From an uncultured delta proteobacterium (GTDB lineage Bacteria; Desulfobacterota; Binatia; Binatales; Binataceae), in contig CAVQEQ010000001.1 in the NCBI GenBank assembly GCA_963711565.1, forward strand, positions 576,001-640,000: a stretch of 64,000 nucleotides of DNA. Direction: 5' to 3'. The position numbers and the translations under genes are program-made. Shown piece by piece: positions 9,496-18,194 of the stretch. The notes under the pieces were generated by a model, which made no database searches, had not been told where the DNA came from, and was given only the letters and a program-made list of their open reading frames with translations. Position 1 is the stretch's first letter. Each line of letters begins with the position of its first letter.

Positions 9496-9645
9496 TCAGA
9501 GACCGCCGCGACCGACCAGCAGCCAGACCACTACTATCACCAGTAACAGTGGGACCAGGCCTCCAGCCGCGCCATAGTTGCTGTAGCCGTAGTAGCCGCC
9601 GCCGCCGCCGAACAACAAAATCAATACAATGATTAGTAGTAACAT
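9496..9645 (-). CDS. DUF3309-like 49-aa membrane microprotein (not in ORF track)
   Basis: Manually translated MLLLIIVLILLFGGGGGYYGYSNYGAAGGLVPLLLVIVVVWLLVGRGGL; AAGGAG RBS. Confidence 0.8.
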   Translation of the reverse strand: MLLLIIVLILLFGGGGGYYGYSNYGAAGGLVPLLLVIVVVWLLVGRGGL

Positions 9646-9683
9646 GACATTCTCCTTTATCTATTTCTTGATCGCGCCAACAC

Positions 9684-9839
9684 TCAGACGTGCAGGCCAC
9701 CGTTGACTAGCCAGACAACCAGTATGACCATCAGCACCAGCATCAACAGGCCGCCCGGATCTCTGGCGCCATGATGGTAGGTCCGGTAACCGCCACCGCC
9801 GCCGAATAGAAGCAGCAGGATAATAAGAATCAACAGCAT
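9684..9839 (-). CDS. DUF3309-like 51-aa membrane microprotein, tandem paralog (not in ORF track)
   Basis: Manually translated MLLILIILLLLFGGGGGYRTYHHGARDPGGLLMLVLMVILVVWLVNGGLHV; GGGAGG RBS. Confidence 0.8.
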   Translation of the reverse strand: MLLILIILLLLFGGGGGYRTYHHGARDPGGLLMLVLMVILVVWLVNGGLHV

Positions 9840-9873
9840 CGTTTTTGCCTCCCTGAACTCGACCGGCCGCCTG

Positions 9874-10275
9874 CTAATGCCACTTCAGTTGATCGTCCAC
9901 GCCGGTGACGCCCTGTGCGGCCGCCGCGATTTCACCGGCATGCTTTGCGGCCTGGGCAGACTTAACCACCCCGCTCAACAGGATCTTGCCGTGATCGCAA
10001 TCGACGGCGACGATGTAACCGTCGGCGACACCGTCATGGGCCAGCGCGCTCTTGACTTCGGTAATCAGCAGATCGTCATTCGCGCGCTCAGCCGGGGAGT
10101 TGTAATGATGCTGCGCCTGCACCTTTACACTGTCGTTCTCGTGGGACACGGAGTTCGCGGAGTCGGCAGTGGCCGGGTCGGCGCGCACGTTGGAAGCCAT
10201 CAATCCGCCGCCAACCAATAGCGCGATCGCCAATGCCGGCACGGCTGTTATTTTTCGATTACGCATATTTCGCAT
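9874..10275 (-). CDS. BON-domain periplasmic protein (OsmY-like)
   Basis: Signal peptide; DLLITEVKSAL...GKILLSGVV...GVTGVDDQL. Confidence 0.85.
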   Translation of the reverse strand: MRNMRNRKITAVPALAIALLVGGGLMASNVRADPATADSANSVSHENDSVKVQAQHHYNSPAERANDDLLITEVKSALAHDGVADGYIVAVDCDHGKILLSGVVKSAQAAKHAGEIAAAAQGVTGVDDQLKWH

Positions 10276-10300
10276 CGTGGAATTCTCTAAAGGTCGCGAA

Positions 10301-10588
10301 TCAGTTGCTTGGCGTCACGGTCGTGGATTCGCTGTGATTGGAACTCGAGCTATCGACGGTCCCGCCCGTGCTCGACTCGCTCGAATCGCGCGACTTGTCG
10401 ATCGACGTGCTGCTGGTCGTAGTTGGCGGAATCACCTGCACCGGCGGCGCCACTACTACCTGAGCCGGCGCCGCGGCGGGCACATAGGTGGTGGAATCGA
10501 CTTCCTTGGTGGTACTGCCGCATCCGGCGACGCAGGCTAAGGCCGCAATACCTACCACACTGATAGCAATTCGTTGGATTGAGTTCAT
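10301..10588 (-). CDS. Small Ser/Thr-rich lipoprotein
   Basis: Lipobox VAGC; low-complexity mature part. Confidence 0.65.
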   Translation of the reverse strand: MNSIQRIAISVVGIAALACVAGCGSTTKEVDSTTYVPAAAPAQVVVAPPVQVIPPTTTSSTSIDKSRDSSESSTGGTVDSSSSNHSESTTVTPSN

Positions 10589-10668
10589 TTCTTTAGTCCT
10601 CCTCGGACTTTGGGTTCCAGGTCGGTTGAGTAATGGCGCGATATGCTCTGGCCGTATCGCGCCGACAA

Positions 10669-11658
10669 TTATTTCTTCGCTTCCCGCACTCCGCCCTCGT
10701 GCCCGCCGCCCTCATGGCTAGCACTCGACTGCTTTTGCCGTTCAGGCTGCTGACGCGACGAATGCTGCTCGTGACTCGCCGGCTGATGCTCGGCCCGCTG
10801 CTGTTCCGGACGCGCCTGTTTCTGATGCGAGGCCGCTTGCTCACGATGCGACACTTGCTGCTCGTTGCGCGCGGTCTTCTGCGCCTTCTGAGTAGTCGCC
10901 TTCTCGTTGCGAGTAGCCTGCTGGCGATCGCTCTTCTGCGTCTGCGCTTCGCGTGACGCTTCCTGCTTGCTGCTCGCCTCGTTGCGCTGATTGGTAACCG
11001 CCTTCTCGTTGACTGCCGCCTTCTCGTTCACCTGCTTCTGCTGATTGGAAGCCTGCACCTGGCGGGTCTGCACGCTACCTTCGTTCTCGGTCCGCATCAC
11101 GGCCCGTGAATCGTTTGGCTCCGTGTGATTTGCCCAGTTGCTATGCTGACTGAGCCAGTTGGGATGATTGGCGGAAACCCAGCTTGGATTCTGGTTGTAC
11201 CACCATTCGCCATAGTGCCAGTTGTGTTGCGCGTCGTAGGCGCCGTCCTGGCTGAGCCACTGCGGATCCCACGATACCCAGTTCGGATGATTGGCGTAGA
11301 AAAAATCCGGATCATTCTGATGCCACCAGTAGGCATTCTGCCAGGTGCCATTGCTCTCGTAGTCGCCGTCCTGGTTGAGCCACAGCGCGTCCATCACGGC
11401 CCATTCCGGATGATTCTGGTAGAACCACATGATGTCGTGCTGATGCCACCATCGTGCGCCGCGCCAGGTGTGACTATTGTCGTATGCGCCCCAGCCGGCT
11501 TCTCCGGGTCCGCCGTAGTAGCCCGGGCCGTCATAGCCGGGCCCCGGCCCTGGACCGTATTGCGCGAACGACGGCGCTGCCATCCCGAGCGCCATCAGAG
11601 CGCCTGACAAGGCAATCGTCTTCTTAAGTCTATTTTTCAATTTTATTTTCACGAGCAA
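10669..11658 (-). CDS. Secreted protein with three Trp/His-rich 41-aa repeats and a hydrophilic Q/E/K/A tail
   Basis: Signal peptide ending SFA-Q; repeats G.Y[DE]....W....WW...[DN]..[WF]...NHP.W. Confidence 0.75.
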   Translation of the reverse strand: MLVKIKLKNRLKKTIALSGALMALGMAAPSFAQYGPGPGPGYDGPGYYGGPGEAGWGAYDNSHTWRGARWWHQHDIMWFYQNHPEWAVMDALWLNQDGDYESNGTWQNAYWWHQNDPDFFYANHPNWVSWDPQWLSQDGAYDAQHNWHYGEWWYNQNPSWVSANHPNWLSQHSNWANHTEPNDSRAVMRTENEGSVQTRQVQASNQQKQVNEKAAVNEKAVTNQRNEASSKQEASREAQTQKSDRQQATRNEKATTQKAQKTARNEQQVSHREQAASHQKQARPEQQRAEHQPASHEQHSSRQQPERQKQSSASHEGGGHEGGVREAKK

Positions 11659-11912
11659 TCATTTCCGTAAGACTCGGTCGTCTCGCGCGGACCTCATTCA
11701 AGCCTTGGAGCTGCCGATTTAACGATGGTCTAGCGAAACGTGGTCGAAGGCGTGCGGAAAGACCACTGTCGAACTGGATCAAGGCCGGACTCGAATCCTA
11801 TATCGATTCCGACTGATATGACTATAAGTCTAGTATTCTCGAATAGCCAATCCAGTAACGTAAATGCGGTACTTGAGAGCACCAAATGATACATACTTGG
11901 CGCCTTTGTACT

Positions 11913-13787
11913 TCATGTACTTTCGCGCTCGAGACCGAGCCGATCTGTCTCGCCGGTCGCCGTCCCGCTGTCAATCAATGGGCGGCCGTTTCTGCTCTGC
12001 GACGACAGCGAAACCGAACGCTTGAGAACGCACAGCCGTACCGCGTGACGCACCTCGCCTCTGCTGGCGCAGATTTCCGTGGCTCCGGCATTCAGCAGCT
12101 CCTCGCGCTCCACCAACGCGGACGGGCCGCCGCCGACTATAGTCAAGTGCGGCGATGCCGCCATCAGCGCGCTCACCAGTTCGATCGCGGCCGGCATGCA
12201 TTCCGTCGTGGTGCACGAGAGAAAGACCATGTCGGGTGCGTATTGGTTCACGAACGCGCAGATTTCCTCCTGCGACTTGTCCATCCCGAAAAAGTTCGCC
12301 GCGATCCCCGTCCGCCGCAGGAGTTCAAGCAGCATGATCAGCCCCAGGCTGTGACTCTCGCCCGGAGGCACGATACCCACGATACGCAGTCGGCCTCTCA
12401 ATCTCGGTTTGTTGAAGCGATCGCCGAGTTCCTTTACCAGCGCCGCGGTCGTCGCGAAAACGAGGCTCTGATTATCTTCACTGATATGATTTTCGAACCG
12501 CTCTTCGCCGGCCAGGATCACCGCCGGCACCAGCACCTCGTCGAAGGTCGGCTCGAGGCCGTGCTTGTCGCAATAGCTGATTGCGAGATTCCGCGCGCTC
12601 GACTGATCGAGCTCGAGCAGGCTGCGATAGTAGTCGTGATAATCCTCGCGCGCACTGTCGTCTCCGAACAGCACCGCAAAGAAGCCCAGCGCCGGAATAT
12701 AGTCGCCGGCGACCTTGAGGCAAGCGGTCAAAGAGGTGGCGATCAGCAATCCCGGCAGACCCCACAGCCATCCCCAGAACATCGCGGAAAACAACAGCCC
12801 GAGGGGCGACAAGCCAATTCCGCGACCGATCAGGAAAGGCTCGATCAAGTAGCCCACAATCTGATCGAGAAGCACGAACGCGGCGAAAACCTCGACCGAT
12901 TTGCTCCATCCGGGGAATACCGCGAAGGCCACGAACATCGGCAACAATGCCGCAAACGGAACGCCGACATACGGCACGAAACGAAACAACGCCGCCAGCG
13001 CTCCCCACAGAATCGGGTTCGGCAACCCGATCGCCCATATAGTCAGTCCAATAGCTACTCCGTATCCGAGATTAGTCAAAGCGAATAGCAACAGGTAATG
13101 GCCCACCGCTTCGCCCGCGGCGCCGATCGCCTCGGCCGAAAGCGTGACCCGCCCGCGTGCCCCAAGCCGCACCAGCCGATCGCGCAAGTCGGCCCGGCCA
13201 TACAGCAGAAAGAACATCAGCACTATGACCAACAGCGCTTCAAACAGCCCCGACAGTATCGGCATCACCGGCTTGACGGCCTGCGCCAGGTACGACGGCG
13301 CCGCCGCCGGAGCCTCAATCACCCGCGCCGCTTTCGCCGGCTTGGGTTGTGGCGTTACGTCGTTGATCTGCTGCTCAACGTCCTTGATCCCGTACTGCAC
13401 CCGCTTCATCCACTCGGGCGTGCTGCCCTCCAGCGCGGTCAGTTTCGTCGCGATATTGTCGGTGTATCCGGTAACTTGAACTGCGACCGAGGTAAGCTCG
13501 ACCGTTACGAAATAGCCAATCCCCACGACAATCGTAACCGCCACAACCACCACCAGCGCCGCGCTGACAAAGCTTCCAACAAAACGCTCGAGCCGGCTGG
13601 CGATGGGACTGAAGATGACGGCCAGCAGCGCCGCCATCGTCAATGGCATCAAAATGTCTTTCGCGAAATAAAGAACCGCCGTCGCGAGGATTACCGCGAC
13701 AATCGGCCCCGCGGCACTCCCGCCCTCGAGCTCTTCATTGCGCTCGTGCTCGACACTGAGCGGAGCCGTCGTCGCGAGTTTTTCCAC
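11913..13787 (-). CDS. AI-2E family transporter fused to a C-terminal cobalamin-binding domain
   Basis: AI-2E motifs (RFVPYVG, IEPFLIGRGIGLSP, WGWLWGLPGLLIATSLT); C-terminal ESHSLG...FLSCTT...IVGGG. Confidence 0.85.
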   Translation of the reverse strand: MEKLATTAPLSVEHERNEELEGGSAAGPIVAVILATAVLYFAKDILMPLTMAALLAVIFSPIASRLERFVGSFVSAALVVVVAVTIVVGIGYFVTVELTSVAVQVTGYTDNIATKLTALEGSTPEWMKRVQYGIKDVEQQINDVTPQPKPAKAARVIEAPAAAPSYLAQAVKPVMPILSGLFEALLVIVLMFFLLYGRADLRDRLVRLGARGRVTLSAEAIGAAGEAVGHYLLLFALTNLGYGVAIGLTIWAIGLPNPILWGALAALFRFVPYVGVPFAALLPMFVAFAVFPGWSKSVEVFAAFVLLDQIVGYLIEPFLIGRGIGLSPLGLLFSAMFWGWLWGLPGLLIATSLTACLKVAGDYIPALGFFAVLFGDDSAREDYHDYYRSLLELDQSSARNLAISYCDKHGLEPTFDEVLVPAVILAGEERFENHISEDNQSLVFATTAALVKELGDRFNKPRLRGRLRIVGIVPPGESHSLGLIMLLELLRRTGIAANFFGMDKSQEEICAFVNQYAPDMVFLSCTTTECMPAAIELVSALMAASPHLTIVGGGPSALVEREELLNAGATEICASRGEVRHAVRLCVLKRSVSLSSQSRNGRPLIDSGTATGETDRLGLEREST

Positions 13788-13800
13788 GGCGGGTCTCAGG

Positions 13801-14025
13801 TCAGCGTCTCTGATACAGACCGCCCGCCATCAGAACCAGCCCCACGATCAGCGCCGACCCACCGAGTATGGGCGGTATCGCGTGCGAGGTTTCCTCATTT
13901 GCTTGAATCTTCAAATCGCCCAGCGTGGCGACGTTCTTCGTCTGATTGGTCGTGAATTCCGGCACCGCCAGCGCGAGCGCCCCAAGCAACGCGACAATCG
14001 CGCCAATCATTAGTAAAGGTTTCAT
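13801..14025 (-). CDS. Small two-TM protein (DUF3185-like)
   Basis: TM - short beta loop (VATLGDLKIQA) - IPPILGG TM. Confidence 0.65.
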   Translation of the reverse strand: MKPLLMIGAIVALLGALALAVPEFTTNQTKNVATLGDLKIQANEETSHAIPPILGGSALIVGLVLMAGGLYQRR

Positions 14026-14277
14026 TTTTTTCTACCTTGTCGGGAGATTCGAGCGGAACACTTCATGCAGATCCCGACAACTTGAAACTACAATTGGTAT
14101 TTCAGAATGTCAAAATTTATGGTCCAGTTAACATAAATGAAGTGCTGAAGAGAACATATTAACTGGATATAGCCGATTACTCACTTACTATACTCGACGA
14201 TTACCCAGCGGCGATGGGAGACGTTGCCAAACCTCGATCTTGCCGCTTCAGCGATAGTGGGCAACCATATTTCCGCA

Positions 14278-15153
14278 ATGCCCACGCGCGATCATCGCTT
14301 CACCGTCTCGTCGCGATCCGAACTGCTGCCATATCTGCTTACCTTGCCGCTCGGACTCTCGCGCAAACAGGCAAAGGATCTTCTGCGCTTCCGCGCGGTC
14401 ACCGTGACTCGCGTCCATGCTGTCAGGCACGACACGCAATTGGAGTCGGGCGACGTTGTGACTATCGCGGCGGGCAAGCAGGTCCCGGCCGCGTCGCTCG
14501 AGCGTCACGGCTTGAAGATTGTCTATCTCGACGATCACATCGTCGTCATCGACAAGCGCGCGGGTCTCCTGTCGATGGGCTCGGAGGGCGAGAAGGAACG
14601 CACCGCCCATCGGATTCTCAACGATCATCTGAAAGCGCTCACCAGCTCGCCGTCGCAGCAGGTCTTCATCGTGCATCGCCTCGATCGCGAGACCTCCGGC
14701 CTGATGATCTTCGCAAGGAGCCGCGCCATCCAGGCGACTCTTCAGGAGAACTGGAAGCGCATCACCAAGAAATACCTCGCCATCGTCGAAGGCGTACCCG
14801 CGAACACCGAAGGGACGCTCCGCGACAACCTGGTCGAGAGCAAGTCGCTCAGGATGCATCGCGTCGATCGCGGCGGCGAGTTGGCGATCACGCACTACCG
14901 CGTCCTGCGAAAGGGTCGGGACAAATCCCTGCTCGAGCTGACGCTCGAAACCGGCCGCAAGAACCAGATTCGCGTGCAGCTCGCCGGCCTGGGACACCCT
15001 GTCGTCGGCGACCGCAAGTACGGCGCTGAAACTGATCCAGCGCGCCGCCTCGCACTCCATTCATGCGAGCTAACCTTTAACCATCCCGTGTCCGCCGCCC
15101 CAATGAACTTCCACAGCCGAATGCCCACCCGCCTTATAGAGACCCTCGCATAA
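14278..15153 (+). CDS. RluA family pseudouridine synthase
   Basis: HRLDRETSG catalytic motif, TGRKNQIRVQL, VVGDRKYG, LALH. Confidence 0.93.
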   Translation: MPTRDHRFTVSSRSELLPYLLTLPLGLSRKQAKDLLRFRAVTVTRVHAVRHDTQLESGDVVTIAAGKQVPAASLERHGLKIVYLDDHIVVIDKRAGLLSMGSEGEKERTAHRILNDHLKALTSSPSQQVFIVHRLDRETSGLMIFARSRAIQATLQENWKRITKKYLAIVEGVPANTEGTLRDNLVESKSLRMHRVDRGGELAITHYRVLRKGRDKSLLELTLETGRKNQIRVQLAGLGHPVVGDRKYGAETDPARRLALHSCELTFNHPVSAAPMNFHSRMPTRLIETLA

Positions 15154-15166
15154 CTCCGCGATTGTC

Positions 15167-15200
15167 CCCCTTCCCTCGAGGGAAGGGGTTAGCGGTTAGG
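15167..15200 (+). repeat. REP-like hairpin, family A (CCCCTTCCC-N-GGGAAGGGG...GGTTAGG)
   Basis: Perfect stem just after the rluA stop; related copies at 17628, 17694, 17920, 21874 and 21977. Confidence 0.7.
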
Positions 15201-15269
15201 TTGACCGCGATGCTCGACCCGCGCGGGCGGGATTGAGATTCAGCCTGCCGCAGGTTCAGTATAGAAATC

Positions 15270-16157
15270 ATGGCGGCAACGTCGCTGGAACAGTTCCTCG
15301 AAAAGTACCGCGACACAATTGATCGCCTGCATTCCCTTAGCAACGCCGCTGCGTGGCGCGTCTCACGAACGTCTTTCGCCGCCGCGTTGTGGCGCAGCTT
15401 CGATCGCCGCTTCGGTGCCGATTCGAACGCCGTCACGCGCGCGGAAGCCGTGCGCTTTCTCGACTCTCTGCATGCCGCCGATCTCGCGCTCGCCATCGGA
15501 TGCCGCGACGGCGACGCCAGTGCCTGGCGTCATCTCGTCTCGACCTATCGCGCGCCCATCGACGCGTTCGCACGGGCCGTCCTCGGCAACTCCTCGCGCG
15601 CGAGCGAGATCGCCGATTCGTTGTGGGCCGACCTCTACGGTTTGCGCTCATCCGACGGCGCGCGCCGCTCTCCCCTCGAGCATTACGGCGGCCGTAGCTC
15701 GCTGACGTCGTGGCTCCGCGTCGTCGTCACCCGGCTCGAAGCCGATCGATGGCGTGCGACGCGCCGCATGGAACCGCTGGACGAGGAGCGCGACGGCGGT
15801 TCCGGCTTGCTCGCCGACGGGACCGATTCGCCCGACCCCGATCGCGCACGGTTACTTGGCGCCCTCGAACGATCTCTCGCCGAAGCTTTGAACGCGCTGT
15901 CGCCGGACAACCGTCTGCGCCTCTCATATTATTATGTGCAGAATCTGACGCTCGCCCAGACCGCCGCTCTGCTCGGCGAGCATGAGTCGAGTGCGTCGCG
16001 CAATCTCGCCCGCGCCCGCACGGCGATTCGCGAGTGTGTCACCCGCACGCTGCGCCGCGAGTATCGCTTCAGTGACGATCAAATCAGCCAATGCTTCGAG
16101 TATGCGACCGGCGATTGGCCGTTCGACCTCGGCCGCATGCTCGCACTGGGAAAATGA
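15270..16157 (+). CDS. ECF-type sigma-70 factor with N-terminal extension
   Basis: ADLALAIGC..GD..AW, region 2 (YGGRSSLTSWLRVV), region 4 HTH (LTLAQTAALLGEHESSASRNLARAR). Confidence 0.85.
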   Translation: MAATSLEQFLEKYRDTIDRLHSLSNAAAWRVSRTSFAAALWRSFDRRFGADSNAVTRAEAVRFLDSLHAADLALAIGCRDGDASAWRHLVSTYRAPIDAFARAVLGNSSRASEIADSLWADLYGLRSSDGARRSPLEHYGGRSSLTSWLRVVVTRLEADRWRATRRMEPLDEERDGGSGLLADGTDSPDPDRARLLGALERSLAEALNALSPDNRLRLSYYYVQNLTLAQTAALLGEHESSASRNLARARTAIRECVTRTLRREYRFSDDQISQCFEYATGDWPFDLGRMLALGK

Positions 16158-17545
16158 TGCCCGACGACAAGACCCCGCACAGCCGCCTTGACGCGATGAT
16201 TCGCAGGAGTCTCGCATCCGGCCTCGACACCTCGGGCGCACAATGCCCCGACGCCGACCTGCTCGCAGCGTTCGCCGAAAACACGCTCGCCCCCGACGAG
16301 CGCACGAAATGGAATTCGCACATCGCCGGATGCGCGATATGCCAGCGCCAGCTTGCGGCGCTCGCCCGAGCCGGTGCGCTCGGCGCTACGCGTTCATCTG
16401 CTCCCCAAGTCGAAACCGTTGACGCCGAAGAGGCACGCCAGGAAGCCGGCGGTTTCTGGCCCGCAATTCGCAGCTTCGTACGATTCATGATCGGTCCGTT
16501 CCCGCTCTCGGTCGCCCTTCACGTCGCGCTGCTGCTCGTTCTGATCATCACCATCCACGAGCAGCGCGGGCGCGAGTTGATCATGGTGAACCTCGAAGCG
16601 GGCGGCGGCGGCGGTGGCGGCAACGAGATGCAGGATCTCGACATGCCCGAAGTGCCGATGCCCGACACGGCGCCGCAGCAGATGGAGCAGCCGACCGCAG
16701 TGGATACCTCGCAAGCCGTGGGCCTCGCCAGTGACTACGTCCGCGCAGCCGGCGGCGGCGGTATCGGCATCGGTCGCGGCGGCGGCATGGGCTCGGGCTA
16801 CGGCCACGGCATCGGCTCGGGCTTCGGCGGGTTCATCGGCGAGTTGCGCCGCAAAGGACTCGACGTGGTGCTGGTGATCGACGGCACCGGCTCGATGCGC
16901 CTGATCATCGACAACGTCAAAGCCAAGATGCAGCAGCTGACGCAGTCGATTCACCGGCTCGTGCCGATCGCCCGCATCGGAATAATCGTGTTCGGCGGCA
17001 AGGGTGAGAAGATGGATATCCAGCCGCTGACGCTATCGCCGCAGAAGCTGAGCACCTTCCTGGAAGGCATCCAGGCAAAGGGCGGCGGCGAATGGGAAGA
17101 GGACACGCTCGGCGCGGTCCAGACCGGGATCGACAAGATGGACTGGAAGCCATACGCCAAGAAGGTGGTGGTGCTGGTCGGCGACTCTCCCCCGCGCACG
17201 GAGGACTTTGCGCCGCTGCTCGCGCTGATCCGGCAGTTCAAAGCCAACAACGGGACGTTCAACACGGTGGACGTCGCGGCGGAGGAGCACGAGCGGTTCG
17301 AGCGCGAATTCTGGCTGAAGGTGCATCGAGAGGAGCCGCCGAAGATCTCGGCGTTGCCAGCGTTCTATCGACAGACTCAAGCCGCGTACAAAGTGCTCGC
17401 CACCGCTGGCGGCGGCTCGATGAAGTCGTTGAGCAAGGACGCGCACATCAACCAGCAGGTGCTAATCCTCGCCTTCGGCGACCAATGGCAATCGCAAGTC
17501 GCCGCCTTCGCCCGCGGCCTGAACAACACCAGCTCAGGTCCGTAG
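16154..17545 (+). CDS. zf-HC2 (ZAS) anti-sigma domain - TM - vWA domain fusion protein
   Basis: ATGA overlap with the sigma stop; HIAGCAIC (HxxxCxxC); TM with SVALH; Gly-rich linker; MIDAS DGTGS, GGGEWEE, VGDSPP. Confidence 0.85.
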   Translation: MMPDDKTPHSRLDAMIRRSLASGLDTSGAQCPDADLLAAFAENTLAPDERTKWNSHIAGCAICQRQLAALARAGALGATRSSAPQVETVDAEEARQEAGGFWPAIRSFVRFMIGPFPLSVALHVALLLVLIITIHEQRGRELIMVNLEAGGGGGGGNEMQDLDMPEVPMPDTAPQQMEQPTAVDTSQAVGLASDYVRAAGGGGIGIGRGGGMGSGYGHGIGSGFGGFIGELRRKGLDVVLVIDGTGSMRLIIDNVKAKMQQLTQSIHRLVPIARIGIIVFGGKGEKMDIQPLTLSPQKLSTFLEGIQAKGGGEWEEDTLGAVQTGIDKMDWKPYAKKVVVLVGDSPPRTEDFAPLLALIRQFKANNGTFNTVDVAAEEHERFEREFWLKVHREEPPKISALPAFYRQTQAAYKVLATAGGGSMKSLSKDAHINQQVLILAFGDQWQSQVAAFARGLNNTSSGP

Positions 17546-17598
17546 CAACTGTCGGGCGCTTCTGTTTCCTCCTTCCATCGTGGAATGTCGACTGAGGG

Positions 17599-17770
17599 GT
17601 AGGACACAGCGCGGCAGAATCGCTGTTCCCCCTTTCCATCTGGAAAGGGGGCGAGGGGGATAGGACAGCCCGCACCGCATCGCTCTATTGCTTCCCCTTC
17701 CCCATTCCTGGGGAAGGGGCTAGGGGTTAGGGCTCTGCCAGAAGTGGCACTGGCTTCAGCCAGTGATTCT
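17599..17770 (+). repeat. Cluster of REP-like palindromes (GTAG-type, two family A copies, one GTGG-type)
   Basis: CCCCCTTTCCA-TC-TGGAAAGGGGG; CCCCTTCCCCA-TTCC-TGGGGAAGGGG; GTGG-CACTGGCT-TC-AGCCAGTG. Confidence 0.7.
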
Positions 17771-17801
17771 CTGCTTCGGCCGAAATCCTGTCCGCACACA
17801 G

Positions 17802-18194
17802 CGATGACTTCGTCACACAGACCGACGGTTCAGGACGAGGTAGCGCTACAACGGAGCGCAATGCTAGCACAATCAGGAATCACTGGATGCAGGGGTCACC
17901 CCTGCCTCTTAATCTTGCTCCCCTTCCCGCGAGGACCGAAAAAAGGGGCCGGGGGTTAGGTTCTTGATGAGCGTGCAAACAAACGGTCAGCGACGATTCA
18001 CGGTGCTCGAGCTGCCGTTGTTGGAGATGCCGACCAGCTCGTCGGCGCAGTCATAGCCGTAGTTAAAGGCCGCTTGGGACGCTGGCGTCATGGTGCTAAT
18101 CGCGCTCGCGACAACCGCCCTCGCCGGCCCGGCCCTCGCCTACAAGGCAATAGTAATGGACCAGCCCCAGGCCGACCCAGCCGCCGTCTTCTAA
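17802..18194 (+). pseudogene. Internally deleted copy of the 20887-21810 region (membrane-protein gene plus upstream DNA)
   Basis: 17802-17906 matches 20887-20998, 17970-18017 matches 21013-21060, and about 18094-18185 matches about 21716-21806. Confidence 0.85.
18002..18100 (-). pseudogene. Isolated RHS/YD-repeat fragment
   Basis: Minus strand reads ISTMTPASQAAFNYGYDCADELVGISNNGSSST (Y.YD..D.L..I pattern). Confidence 0.6.

Noticed and set aside
12380-12540. CarH-like B12 photoreceptor
   Set aside because: The W-x9-EH motif needed for the AdoCbl light switch is replaced by R-x9-QS
14037-14080. 9-bp inverted repeat TTGTCGGGA...TCCCGACAA next to the RBS of 13801..14025
   Set aside because: Single instance with a long loop and no supporting conservation; may be chance
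17599-17960. Clustered palindromic repeats as a possible CRISPR array
   Set aside because: Repeats are non-identical and irregularly spaced, with no cas genes; they fit REP-like elements
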